This document shows, one piece after another, positions 1-9,904 of a stretch of 64,000 bases of DNA. The notes beneath the pieces are model-generated. The model worked only from the letters and a program-made list of their open reading frames with translations, searched no databases and was not told where the DNA came from. A program made the translations under genes and the position numbers. Source of the DNA: an uncultured delta proteobacterium (lineage in GTDB: Bacteria > Desulfobacterota > Desulfomonilia > UBA1062). Where the stretch lies: the NCBI GenBank assembly GCA_963785235.1, contig CAWAUM010000010.1, positions 64,001 through 128,000 of the forward strand. Direction: 5' to 3'. Position 1 is the first letter of the stretch. Each line of letters begins with the position of its first letter.

Positions 1-31
1 GAATGTGGGCAAACTTAACAAATTACATAAA

Positions 32-1039
32 CTACAATGACCAGAACCGTGAATGCGTCTTTATAATCTCATCGATCTCAGGAGTAGATCTCTCCTCAAT
101 CTTTGGTGCAGATGCGCCCTTCATGACATGGATCACGGCCTTGACGGAATCGCGCAATGCGTCTAAATTATACCCGCCCTCCAATGAATAGACAACAGGT
201 GCATTGATCTTTGCAGCCGCATCATGGATCAACCCTGCAAGTCCACCGAACCCCGCCGAACTGATCTCCATACCGCCTATAGGGTCCATAGCATGGGCGT
301 CAAACCCCGCGGATACAAGGATAAGCCCGGGATTGAAAGCCTGGATCATCGGCACCATTACACACCTGTACAGGGCAATCATCTCAGAGTCTGTCGTGCC
401 GCCCCTTAATGGGCAATTTATAGTATAACCCTGTGCGCCTTTGGCCCCTGCCTCATTGATTCTGCCCGTGCCGGGATAGAAGGGATACTGATGAGAGGAA
501 AAATACAGGACATCTTTGCTCTGATAAAAACTGTCCTGTGTACCGTTGCCATGGTGTACGTCGAAGTCGATTATCATAACCCTTTGAATCCCGAATGCCT
601 TGATAGCCTTCCTTGCTGCAATAGCCACGTTGTTGAATAGGCAGAAACCCATGGACTCAGAAGGTGTTGCATGGTGACCCGGCGGTCGGACGCTGGCAAA
701 ACCGGAATCGATCTCGCCTTTAAGCGCCAAATCAACGAGCTTTATGAGCGATCCGGCTGCACGGAGTGCAACCTCGTAGGATTCTTCGGAGCATACCGTG
801 TCAGGATCAAGATCAACATACTTATTTGCAATACAAGAGCGCTTTACTCGATCGATATGGAAGCGCTCGTGGTTGAGCATAATATCTTCAATGTCGGCAG
901 GAACAGGATCGATAATTTTAATATCCGGGTCTTCTCGGGAAAAAAGAGTATGGATATAATGCACTCTCATAGGGGTCTCAGGGTGATAGCCCCCTGTGTC
1001 ATGGTTCATGAAAAGTGGGTCGGATACAACTCCTATCAT
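32..1039 (-). CDS. Histone deacetylase (AcuC/HdaH)-family Zn-dependent deacylase
   Basis: HPE, RPPGHHA, GFCLFNN, DFDVHHGNGTQ, SAGFDAH and LEGGY motifs; start moved to ATG at 1039 (MIGVVSD). Confidence 0.92.
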   Translation of the reverse strand: MIGVVSDPLFMNHDTGGYHPETPMRVHYIHTLFSREDPDIKIIDPVPADIEDIMLNHERFHIDRVKRSCIANKYVDLDPDTVCSEESYEVALRAAGSLIKLVDLALKGEIDSGFASVRPPGHHATPSESMGFCLFNNVAIAARKAIKAFGIQRVMIIDFDVHHGNGTQDSFYQSKDVLYFSSHQYPFYPGTGRINEAGAKGAQGYTINCPLRGGTTDSEMIALYRCVMVPMIQAFNPGLILVSAGFDAHAMDPIGGMEISSAGFGGLAGLIHDAAAKINAPVVYSLEGGYNLDALRDSVKAVIHVMKGASAPKIEERSTPEIDEIIKTHSRFWSL

Positions 1040-1046
1040 AGAGTTC

Positions 1047-1413
1047 TTAGATGAAGATATCGAGTGAATGAGGTGAGGGTTCAAATACGGCAGGATATGA
1101 CGATGTCAGCTGCGTGTAGACCTGTTGATCTTCAATACGGCCATAGGCCAACTCGTGAATAACAGATGCATTGAGAAACCATGGGGTCTATGCCTAATGT
1201 GGTGATCTCGGCTTGCCTTGTTACGATCACCCGGGAAGTGGTTGTGGGAGTTCTTTCTTCGCTCGGAACAGTGAGATCGATTGTCCTGGCGGATTTGGAC
1301 CTTGCAGTATCCCCCCCGTCTACCTTGACATACTTGAACTTAACGAAGGGGAGTTCAACCGCAATCCCTTTCACGCTGGGATATCGAGAGAAGTCATTCT
1401 CATACGGCATCAT
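1047..1413 (-). CDS. Hypothetical protein, probably split by one frameshift near 1170
   Basis: 93-aa ORF 1132-1413; another frame continues SVIHELAYGRIEDQQVYTQLTSSYPAVFEPSPHSLDIFI* and stops at 1047, just before the HDAC start. Confidence 0.4.
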
Positions 1414-1537
1414 CCTTTTATATAAGCTCCATGAAACGGTTTTGCAAGAGCAAATCTAACATTGAGAATTCCTATTGGACACAGATGCGCCTAAGGTGTT
1501 ACGATTATGTATAACCCACCCTGAAGGAGGAATTGAT

Positions 1538-2275
1538 ATGAGGAGATTTCTTAAGCAGATTTTATGCCTTTGTGTATTTTTCGTGCTACCCCTGGCCCTG
1601 CTCGCAGAGGATTTCATGACCCAGGGAAATGCCCTGTACGACAAGGGCAAGGCGACCAGTTATGAAAGCTACAAAACATCGGGAGATATGTTCGTAAAGG
1701 CCCTTGATGCAACTCCGAACAATTATGAAGCAGCCTGGAAGGCAGCACGCTCATACCGAGAATTTGCTGATCAATCAAAAAAGAAGAACGCCCCAAATTG
1801 GAAGACCACCTGTAAGGACTATGGGAAACTTGGAATGAAATATGGGGAAAAGGCCATGGCCCTGAATCCGAATGGTGTAGAAGGAAATTTCTGGTATGGG
1901 TGCTCGGTAGGCAATTACTCAGACGGAGTCAGCATCCTCACAGCTTTGAAGGAAGGACTCAAGGGCAAAACCCAGAGCAGCTTCGAATTGTCCTACAAGA
2001 GCAATAAGATGTATATGGATGGTGGACCAATCAAGGCCTTGGGCCGTTTCTGGTTCGTCCTTCCCTGGCCTCTCCAGGACAAGGATTTATCCCTGAAATA
2101 TCTAAAGGAATTCAGTAAGTTATTCCCTAATGATGCTGAGGGCCAGGTATTCCTTGCCGAGACCCTCATGAAAACGGGCGGCAAGGATGAGGCAAAGGTC
2201 CTCCTCCAGAAGGCAGAAACCGCCAGCGACAAGTACTGGGCAGACTGGGCAAAGCGGCTCCTTGCTGAAATGTAA
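1538..2275 (+). CDS. Secreted TPR-like helical-repeat protein (TatT/RMD-like)
   Basis: GGAGG RBS then MRRFLK signal peptide; TPR-like segments ALDATPNNYEAAWKAAR, AMALNPNGVEGNFWYG, FPNDAEGQVFLAE. Confidence 0.75.
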   Translation: MRRFLKQILCLCVFFVLPLALLAEDFMTQGNALYDKGKATSYESYKTSGDMFVKALDATPNNYEAAWKAARSYREFADQSKKKNAPNWKTTCKDYGKLGMKYGEKAMALNPNGVEGNFWYGCSVGNYSDGVSILTALKEGLKGKTQSSFELSYKSNKMYMDGGPIKALGRFWFVLPWPLQDKDLSLKYLKEFSKLFPNDAEGQVFLAETLMKTGGKDEAKVLLQKAETASDKYWADWAKRLLAEM

Positions 2276-2291
2276 CCTTTCCTAATATACG

Positions 2292-2330
2292 AGAAATGGC
2301 GCTCTCACTTTCCGTTAGAGCGCCATTTCT
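2292..2330. terminator. Bidirectional hairpin terminator
   Basis: 14-bp inverted repeat AGAAATGGCGCTCT...AGAGCGCCATTTCT between convergent genes. Confidence 0.75.
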
Positions 2331-2360
2331 TTATTTGTCGGTTTGGTTGATCAATAAAAA

Positions 2361-2726
2361 TCAATAATCAGTATCAAAGGCTGACCTGCTCAGGGCGAGC
2401 ATGCAAGCCTGATCGAGCTTCCTCATGGTGCTGATAAGCTTCTTTACCTCGCGGTTGTCCTGATCTATAAACTCTACGCCCATACCTTTTTCAGGCTCAC
2501 AACGGACAACCTTGCCTTCAATATCAATAACCCTCCCCACATCAACGGCGTCCAGGGTCATATGGAAGGACTCGCCACGATCCAGGGGATGGGGGGTTTC
2601 GATGAAGACCCCACCGATGCTGATATTTCTTACTGTGCCCTTCAGGACCTTTCCTTTATTGTCCTGATACCTGGCCTCGATCTTCAATGGCTTTCTGGTA
2701 TAACGTCTTTTATCTTTCAGTTTCAT
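2361..2726 (-). CDS. Single-domain PilZ protein
   Basis: KRRYTR (RxxxR) and NISIGG (D/NxSxxG) motifs, GMGVEF. Confidence 0.9.
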   Translation of the reverse strand: MKLKDKRRYTRKPLKIEARYQDNKGKVLKGTVRNISIGGVFIETPHPLDRGESFHMTLDAVDVGRVIDIEGKVVRCEPEKGMGVEFIDQDNREVKKLISTMRKLDQACMLALSRSAFDTDY

Positions 2727-2870
2727 GTATTCACCTTGACATGAAATAAATTCATTACCGTGCTCTTCGTCATAACCATTCCCATTCTTTAGAGGCATTT
2801 TTCATAAACATGCACATGCCTAACGCGTACAACTCTTTTGATATAAACCTATGATCTCTGATTCTCGAAA

Positions 2871-3230
2871 TCATTTAAGGACCTGGGTGTCTTGATGATC
2901 ATAGGGAGGATGACAACAGCAGAGTATCTTCAAGGGTCGCGTGCCGATGTTCTCAATGCAATGCTGCATGCCCGGCATGATGAGAACGCTATCACCCGGC
3001 TTAACCTCAAACCTCTCAACGCCGAGGGCCATCATGCCTTTTCCTTGTATTATGTGATAAATTTCCTGACTTTTCATATGGATATGCAATAAGGTTGTAC
3101 TTCCTTGCCTGACAATTGCCTCTGCAAGACTCATCAATGCCCCTTCCTGGCATGTGGGATGAATGAGCTCACGAATTCGAGAACCGTCTTTTGTGATGAA
3201 GGGTTTGATATTGTTTATAGATGTCTTCAT
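2871..3230 (-). CDS. Cupin-domain protein
   Basis: HxH...EIYHIIQGKG...PGD...PGMQHCIEN cupin metal motifs. Confidence 0.9.
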   Translation of the reverse strand: MKTSINNIKPFITKDGSRIRELIHPTCQEGALMSLAEAIVRQGSTTLLHIHMKSQEIYHIIQGKGMMALGVERFEVKPGDSVLIMPGMQHCIENIGTRPLKILCCCHPPYDHQDTQVLK

Positions 3231-3406
3231 ATTTAAAACAATACAGACTTCCCTCTCCGGTAGCCATAATAAAAAAATAACTCCTATAATTTTGAATTTA
3301 AAAAAACTATACCTGAATCCTCAATATCTTTCTAACCCCTTGACTCTGCTGGAATCAGACGTACCATGTTAATGAGTACTGATTCTTACATGGGGGTAGT
3401 AATGCT

Positions 3407-3856
3407 ATGAAAGCCAAAGACATCATGACAATGAAAGTGATCATATTAACCCCGGAAATGGGAATTGTTGAAGCTGCAAAAATCCTCATGGAAAACCATA
3501 TCAACGGTGCCCCTGTTCTGGACAAAGAGGGTAAGCTTGTGGGTATCCTGTGTCGCGATGACCTCATATCTCAGCAGAAAAAATTGCCCCTGCCCTCTTA
3601 TTTCGTGGTACTCGACGGTATTATCCCACTTATCTCTCCAATGCACATTGAAAAGGAGATGGACAAGATCGCAGCCACAAACGTGGAACATGCCATGACG
3701 ACAAAGCCCATCACCGTTACACCCGAAACCGATATCGAGGTAGTTGCAAGCCTTATGGTCGACAAAAAGATCCACACGCTCCCTGTCATAGATTCTAACG
3801 GCTCCCTGGTGGGCATAGTGGGGAAAGAAGATGTCCTGAAAACACTGATCCGTTAA
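3407..3856 (+). CDS. CBS-domain pair protein
   Basis: Two CBS repeats (AKDIMT...GAPVLDKEGKLVGI; AMT...LPVIDSNGSLVGIV). Confidence 0.92.
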   Translation: MKAKDIMTMKVIILTPEMGIVEAAKILMENHINGAPVLDKEGKLVGILCRDDLISQQKKLPLPSYFVVLDGIIPLISPMHIEKEMDKIAATNVEHAMTTKPITVTPETDIEVVASLMVDKKIHTLPVIDSNGSLVGIVGKEDVLKTLIR

Positions 3857-3924
3857 AACAATAATCACTGTTCTCTTGTCACTTCACATTGCCTTTCCCT
3901 TTTAATCCCGGTACAATAGAGCCC

Positions 3925-4515
3925 ATGAGCGCCTTATTCATTGGTGACAATCCCAGTCTTGAAGCAGTCTTTGAAGACAAGGGATCTGACATGTGCGTTG
4001 TTATCACCCACCCGCACTCGCTCATGGGCGGTAACATGCACAACAATGTAGTCATGGCTGCCTGGAGGGCATCACTGGAAAAAGGCCTGTCAGCAGTGCG
4101 CTTCAACTTCCGGGGCGTGGGCAGAAGCAGCGGTTCTTTCGACAATGGCAACGGCGAGATGAACGACCTGGCATCTGTCATCAGTTATGTTCATAAGCCT
4201 GTTATCATTATCGGGTATTCCTTTGGCGCATGGGTTGCCGCTAACTATTTGAAACAACTCGATACACCCCTACCCTGCATCTTCATCTCACCGCCTACCG
4301 GCATGTTCACATTTCCCGACATGAAACAGGACAGAATCTGGACAATCACCGGCCAGGCGGACCAGTTCTGCAGCATACCAACCCTGGAAGGCCTGCTGGA
4401 AAAGGACCGCATTGAGATAGTGCGTCACGCGGACCACTTCTGGTTCGGGGAAGAAGATCAGCTTGCGTCTTATCTCAATGAGAAGCTGAATCTCATAACC
4501 CAAGGTGGTATATAA
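3925..4515 (+). CDS. Alpha/beta-fold hydrolase
   Basis: HPH..MGGNMHN, RFNFRGVGRS, GYSFG nucleophile elbow, DQF, ADHF. Confidence 0.9.
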   Translation: MSALFIGDNPSLEAVFEDKGSDMCVVITHPHSLMGGNMHNNVVMAAWRASLEKGLSAVRFNFRGVGRSSGSFDNGNGEMNDLASVISYVHKPVIIIGYSFGAWVAANYLKQLDTPLPCIFISPPTGMFTFPDMKQDRIWTITGQADQFCSIPTLEGLLEKDRIEIVRHADHFWFGEEDQLASYLNEKLNLITQGGI

Positions 4516-4552
4516 TCATCTTTTTCATTTGCAGCATTGTGGAGGCCAAGGG

Positions 4553-6401
4553 ATGAATGTAGCGGACATCATTGTACATAACGGGACAGACCCAGCTTTT
4601 AAGGATCATGTCTTCATCCAGTTCAGGGATGATTCAGAGGTGCTCCAGGCCATAACCTATTCCGATTTCTATAAGCGCTCCCTTGCCTACGGCAACATGC
4701 TTTCCGACATGAAGCAGTCCTTGCGGATCAGCGGCTATGAACGTTTCCATGTGGGCGTGTTCATGCAGAACATCCCTGAATTCTTCTTCCTCCTCGGTGG
4801 GTGTGCCTTTACCAATTCCACCTTAGTAGGTGTGAACAACGCCCAGGTGGGAGAAAAGCTCTCATTCGACATCAATAACATCGATATGCACGTGCTCTTT
4901 GTAGACCATGCCCGGCAGCCCGGAACAGAAGGCACCTTCCTGGACACGGTACTCAAAGCCAAAGGAGATTTCGGTTTCACAAGTTTGACCGAGGACTTCA
5001 TCTTTGTGACTGAAAACCCCCAAGGAAATATACCCGGTTCCATCAAAACAATCTCACAGAGATTGCATGAATCCGCACATTCGCTTGCAGCATTCACCCC
5101 TGTCAGCCTTGATTCTTCCCGGGCCGCAGTGATCATATTCACCTCAGGCACCACGGGTTCACCCAAGGGCATAGAGGTAACCTGGCAGAAGCTCTACGAT
5201 ACGGGGGTTACCGGGACCACGATCCTGAGCTATACAAAGGACGACGTCGGCTACGTGTGCATGCCCGTCAACCACTCCAATTCGCTCTACCTCAACATCA
5301 TGCCTGCCTTGCTGAACGGCTCAAAGATTATGCTCCGCAGGCGATTTTCCGTGCGCAATTTTGTCAAGGACATCGAAGATTCCGGCGCCACGGTATGGAA
5401 CTGTGTAGGCGACCCGGTGCAGTATGTCATCAATCACGTTCACAGCACCATAGGGATCCATGCTGACTTTTCCGGACTCCCTTTGCGTACGGTCATCAGC
5501 ACCGGCACCAATGCCTTGAATCGTGCCCTCTTCACCAAGATGTTCGGCCTGGACATTTTCACCGAGGTGTACGGATCCACCGAGGCAGGGGCCATCACGG
5601 CCGTTGATGCAGGTACGCCGGAATACTCAGTGGGCAGGCTCCTGAAGGATATCCGCATCATCAGCGAGCGCTCGGGCATGGAATGCGACCCGGCACGGGT
5701 GGATGACAGCGGCAAAATCCTGAACCTTGAAGCCTCTGCAGGCGAGATCGTAGTGAGCCAGCATTCTTTAGGGGCATCTGCCTTCTCCGGCTACTACCGT
5801 CTGGCAGAAGAGAGCGCCAAGAAGATCATATCCATAGGTGGCGATGAATTTTACCGCATGGGCGATCTTGGGGCCATTGTGGAGCGTGATGGGGTGAAAT
5901 ATCTCGTATTTCTCGGCCGCACCGGGGACTGGATCCGCTTCAAGGGCGAAAACTGGACGCCTGTTGATGCAGAGAAGGTCATCAGCAAGTACGAGGGCAT
6001 CACCAATGCAGGCATTATCGGCGTGCCTCAGTCCAAGGGACGTGAGGACGACCCCATGTACATCATCGAGGTTCAAGATCCTTGCGCCTTCGAGATGAAG
6101 CCATTTCTGTCCTTCTGCAAGGAACGCCTGCCCCACTACATGCAGCCGCGCTTTATTCGTATTGTGAAGAGCGTGCCTTTGACCGAGACCATGAAACTCA
6201 AAAAATCCGTTCTCAAGGACGAGTTCTACTACCGCGCACCCGACACCGACGGTCTTGATGACGACATCATCTACCTCATAGAAGGCAAACGCCCGCGCCG
6301 GTTCTTTTCGTGCAGACTACCTTGCAGAGATGTCATTGTTCACGGATTCCACCAACCAGGATACGCTCCAGGCTTTTACCAAGCGCTCAGACCTGTTCTG
6401 A
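4553..6401 (+). CDS. Acyl-CoA synthetase (CaiC/FATP-like AMP-binding enzyme); apparent +1 indel near 6305
   Basis: FTSGTTGSPKG, YGSTE, YRMGD, GRTGD, KGEN, PLTETMK; GGAGG RBS at 4541; removing one T in TTCTTTTCG gives the C-terminus ...RADYLAEMSLF...KRSDLF* at 6401. Confidence 0.85.
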
Positions 6402-6421
6402 TACAAAAGGAGACCAGATCC

Positions 6422-7663
6422 ATGGCAACCAAGAGCCCAACGAGCCTACTCCAGAAACAACTGATGACGCGGCATTACAACAATGCCCTTCATGCAAGAC
6501 AGCAAGGTAAAAAAGTGGTGTATGTAACCGCCACGTTCCCGGTGGAGATCGTCAGGGCCTTTGAGCCCCATGTAGCCATAGTTTATCCGGAAAACCATGC
6601 AGTAAACATCATTGTGGCCGGCCTGGCCGAGGAACTGTCATCCCTAGCTGTAGCCAGAGGGCACCTGGATACTTTTGGCTGCTCGTATGAACTTGCCAAT
6701 ACAGGCTATCTTCTGGCTATGCAGAACTCAGGGTCTTCGGGGGTATCCGATGCAATCAGGGCACTGCCTGGCCTGCCGGAGCCGGATGTCCTGCTGGCAT
6801 GCAACAACCAGTGCGATGTAGTGGCCGAGTGGTACCAAAACCTGAGCGGCCTGTTCGGCAGTGTACCCTTGGGGGTAATCAATGTGGGCAACCGCTATGA
6901 CGGCACAATAGACACCTTGCGTGTTCATTATGTGAGGGAGCAGCTGCTGGATGTCATCTCCCTGCTGGAGGAACAGACGGGAACCACCCTTGACCGGGAC
7001 CTGCTGCTGGAGACAGCCCATAGGGCAAACCAGGCTGTAGGCCTGTGGAAGAAATATCTTGATTTCGGGAAGTTGAAACCCTCGCCCATGACTGCCTTTG
7101 ACGGCTTCTTCCACATGGCGCTGATCGTATCCGAGCGGGGCACACAAGAGGCCATTGACTACTACCAGGGATTAGTGGAAGAGACAAAGGCCCGCGTGGA
7201 TGCAAACGAAGCTGCTGTTAACCCCGAGCGTCACCGGGTGCTGTGGGACAACCTGGCCACGTGGTTCAATTTCGGCGAGCTTAAACGCACTCTGGGCGGT
7301 CGGGGTGTGGCAGTGGTAGGCTCGACCTATCTTGATGTCTGGAAAAAGGCGCTGGACACATCGAGCTTTGATGCCCTGCTCACCAGCATGGCCCAGGCAT
7401 ATTGCGTCATGTACACCAACCTCACCCTTAATGAACGTATTGCATTATGGAAACAGATGGTGCGTGATTATCAGGCCCAAGGCGTGCTCTTCCACAACAA
7501 CCGGAGCTGCCACACGTTCTCACGACTGCAGGGCCAGATAGCCAAATCATTGAAGGAGGAATTCGGCGAAGGCTTCAAGACCATTGTGTTCGACGGCGAC
7601 ATGGGACTTGAGGAACGCTTCCAGAAACACCGGTTCTTTACTGCAATTGAAACATACTTCTAG
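6422..7663 (+). CDS. 2-hydroxyacyl-CoA dehydratase alpha-like subunit (HgdA/HadB/BcrB; HGD-D family)
   Basis: Own AAGGAGA RBS and ATG; YPENHA, GCSY, PDVLLACNNQC...WY, HNNRSC, FDGD motifs. Confidence 0.85.
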   Translation: MATKSPTSLLQKQLMTRHYNNALHARQQGKKVVYVTATFPVEIVRAFEPHVAIVYPENHAVNIIVAGLAEELSSLAVARGHLDTFGCSYELANTGYLLAMQNSGSSGVSDAIRALPGLPEPDVLLACNNQCDVVAEWYQNLSGLFGSVPLGVINVGNRYDGTIDTLRVHYVREQLLDVISLLEEQTGTTLDRDLLLETAHRANQAVGLWKKYLDFGKLKPSPMTAFDGFFHMALIVSERGTQEAIDYYQGLVEETKARVDANEAAVNPERHRVLWDNLATWFNFGELKRTLGGRGVAVVGSTYLDVWKKALDTSSFDALLTSMAQAYCVMYTNLTLNERIALWKQMVRDYQAQGVLFHNNRSCHTFSRLQGQIAKSLKEEFGEGFKTIVFDGDMGLEERFQKHRFFTAIETYF

Positions 7664-7990
7664 TATGATAGAATATATGGTATTTTTCTTTTGATATTAA
7701 ATGACTAAGAGAGGATTCAGCGATGAGAAACAGGTCTGCTATGAAGCATACACCCATGATTCGGCCTTTGAAGCTTCAGAGCTCTTTGTTATCAACCGTA
7801 ACGGTACAGGCGAGGCACGTGTTATGAATCCCATGAAAACGAAACTCGATAGGTGGCCCACGGACAGTAAACCCAATTGGGTGAAAGATTAGCGCCAAAG
7901 TTAAACACCTACTTTTCCTGATAACAAAGTTAGTTTATAGTCCCTGCGTTCGACATTATTTCATTTTATTGACTGAGAGGAATAGTAACC

Positions 7991-9352
7991 ATGGGCAGAA
8001 TTATTGTAAGCAAATTCGGAGGCAGCTCCGTTGCAAATGCGAAACAGATTGAAAAGGTCAGGCAGATCGTCTTAGCGGATAAGGAAAGGCGCATCATCGT
8101 TGTCTCTGCCCCGGGCAAGGATGCCGGCGACCCGGAAAAGATCACGGATCACCTGTTTAATATCGCCACAGAAGGTGAGCACTTCAAGGTGCGGGGCAAG
8201 GGCATCAGTTCAAAAGAAAGCCATGACAGGGTAGTGGGTAAGTATAAAAGCCTCATCGGTGATCTGGCAATTGAGGGCAATGACATCATAGAAGACCTTG
8301 AGGCCGACTTGAACAGCACCATTAAAGGACGCAAGCGTATCGACTTCTTCGCCTCTCGGGGCGAGCACTACAGCGCCAAGGTCATTGACCGTTACTTCAG
8401 AAGCAAGGGCATGCCTACCGTGGTGAAACTGCCTGAAGATATAGGTTTTCTTGTATCAGACCGTTTCGGAAACGCAAAGGTGCTTTCCGCCACCCATATC
8501 AACCTGAAGGAAAACCTTACAGATGATTGTATAGCGATTATTCCAGGTTATTACGGCATCACCTTGAAAGGTGATATTGCAGTCTTTTCCCGGGGCGGTT
8601 CCGACCTTACCGGCGGAGATATAGCCTATGCAGTGGATGCAGCCCTCTATGAGAACTGGACAGACACCGATGGCGTCTTTCAGGTGGACCCGCGCATCAT
8701 ACCTGAGGCAAGGGTGATCCCTGAACTGACGTATAAAGAGATACGCCTTCTGTCTTCCCGCGGGTTCAATGTCTTCCACTTTGATGCCATGATAAACTGC
8801 AAGCACAAGAACATCCCTATCAATATCCGCAACACAAATAATCCAGGCGCACCGGGCACCATGATTGTTGGTTCCCGCATCCCTGAAGAAACGGTGGTGG
8901 GAATCGCCCGCATGGACGGCCTCGCCTATGTCTATCTGGAAAAAGACATGATCGGCGAGACCATAGGATTCACCATGGAACTGCTCGATATCTTCAAGGA
9001 CTTCAACATCAATACCCACCACTATCCATCAGACATGGACGATATAGCGGTTATTGTGGACCAGGTTGACCTTGTCGGCAAGATCGATGACATTACTGCA
9101 CTGATCAAACAGCAGCTCAATCCGGATTTTATTGATATACAGTCGAACTTGAGCCTCCTTTCACCTGTGGGCTCGGGCATGAAGGATACCCCCGGCGTGC
9201 TGGCCAAGGCCGCCGATGCCCTTTATCGGCAGGGCATCAATATCGAGGTGGTGGACCAGGGCCCTTCACAGATGAGCTTCCATTTCGGGATCAACCAGGC
9301 ACACGGTGATGCCGGCATCAGAGCGCTCTACAAAGACCTGCTGAAGAGATGA
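7991..9352 (+). CDS. lysC: Aspartate kinase with C-terminal ACT domains
   Basis: KFGGSSVA, VVSAPGK, SRGE, SRGGSDLTG, WTDTDGV..DPR, NTNNP.APGT. Confidence 0.9.
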   Translation: MGRIIVSKFGGSSVANAKQIEKVRQIVLADKERRIIVVSAPGKDAGDPEKITDHLFNIATEGEHFKVRGKGISSKESHDRVVGKYKSLIGDLAIEGNDIIEDLEADLNSTIKGRKRIDFFASRGEHYSAKVIDRYFRSKGMPTVVKLPEDIGFLVSDRFGNAKVLSATHINLKENLTDDCIAIIPGYYGITLKGDIAVFSRGGSDLTGGDIAYAVDAALYENWTDTDGVFQVDPRIIPEARVIPELTYKEIRLLSSRGFNVFHFDAMINCKHKNIPINIRNTNNPGAPGTMIVGSRIPEETVVGIARMDGLAYVYLEKDMIGETIGFTMELLDIFKDFNINTHHYPSDMDDIAVIVDQVDLVGKIDDITALIKQQLNPDFIDIQSNLSLLSPVGSGMKDTPGVLAKAADALYRQGINIEVVDQGPSQMSFHFGINQAHGDAGIRALYKDLLKR

Positions 9353-9451
9353 AAAGGTATTCACCAAGCCTTCACAGGTCATTATTTTCAAGACAAATGT
9401 TCCTAATGAGTGATACCATATCATGTAAAGAATACACAAGGTGGGGGTTCT

Positions 9452-9769
9452 ATGCTCGTTGTCGTTGCAAAAATGAAGGCCAAACAAGGGAGAGAACAGG
9501 AGATGGAAGAAGCCCTGAGATGGATTATCCCACAGGTGGAATCCGAGGAAGGCACCTTGCAGTATATCCTCCACCGGGCAAAAAGAGAACCGGGAACGTT
9601 TCTCTTTTACGAGAAATACCGCGACAAGGCTGCCCTTACTACCCATGGCTCCACCCCCTACTTCGCAGAGCTCTTCGGGAAGATCGGACCCTTGCTCGAT
9701 GGTGATCCTTCAATAGAGATCTACGAGGATATCGCTTCGATCCAGGAGAAGATCTACCAGGCACCATAA
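9452..9769 (+). CDS. ABM-family (putative quinol monooxygenase) protein
   Basis: VVVAKMKAK.G.E, EEGTLQY.LH, FLFYEKY....AL..H. Confidence 0.88.
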   Translation: MLVVVAKMKAKQGREQEMEEALRWIIPQVESEEGTLQYILHRAKREPGTFLFYEKYRDKAALTTHGSTPYFAELFGKIGPLLDGDPSIEIYEDIASIQEKIYQAP

Positions 9770-9867
9770 TGCCTTTTTAGAAGACCCTTCGAACGATTTT
9801 CTTGAATATCTGATCCTGATGAGGTTGAGAAATACCTGAGTCCTTTCTTCTTCCAGACGCACTCACT

Positions 9868-9894
9868 TAATTTTTTTCTGTAAAAGGTCGATGG
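9868..9894 (+). promoter_or_regulatory. Possible sigma-28 (FliA) promoter of motAB
   Basis: TAAT-N15-GTCGATGG versus consensus TAAA-N15-GCCGATAA, ending 10 nt before the motA ATG. Confidence 0.35.
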
Positions 9895-9904
9895 AAGAAT
9901 AAGT

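Noticed and set aside
4505-7663. Novel 1052-aa CoA ligase-dehydratase fusion
   Set aside because: Removing one T from the run near 6305 restores a plausible ligase C-terminus with a stop at 6401, and the dehydratase has its own AAGGAGA RBS and ATG at 6422. Most likely an indel artefact; programmed frameshifting is unsupported but needs reads to exclude.
7664-7990. Lysine, SAM-I or c-di-GMP-I riboswitch, or T-box
   Set aside because: Only fragments match (AGGTGGCCCACGG is one base short of the T-box motif; TTATC/GATAA lacks the SAM-I core). Order and pairing do not fit by eye; cmscan would decide.
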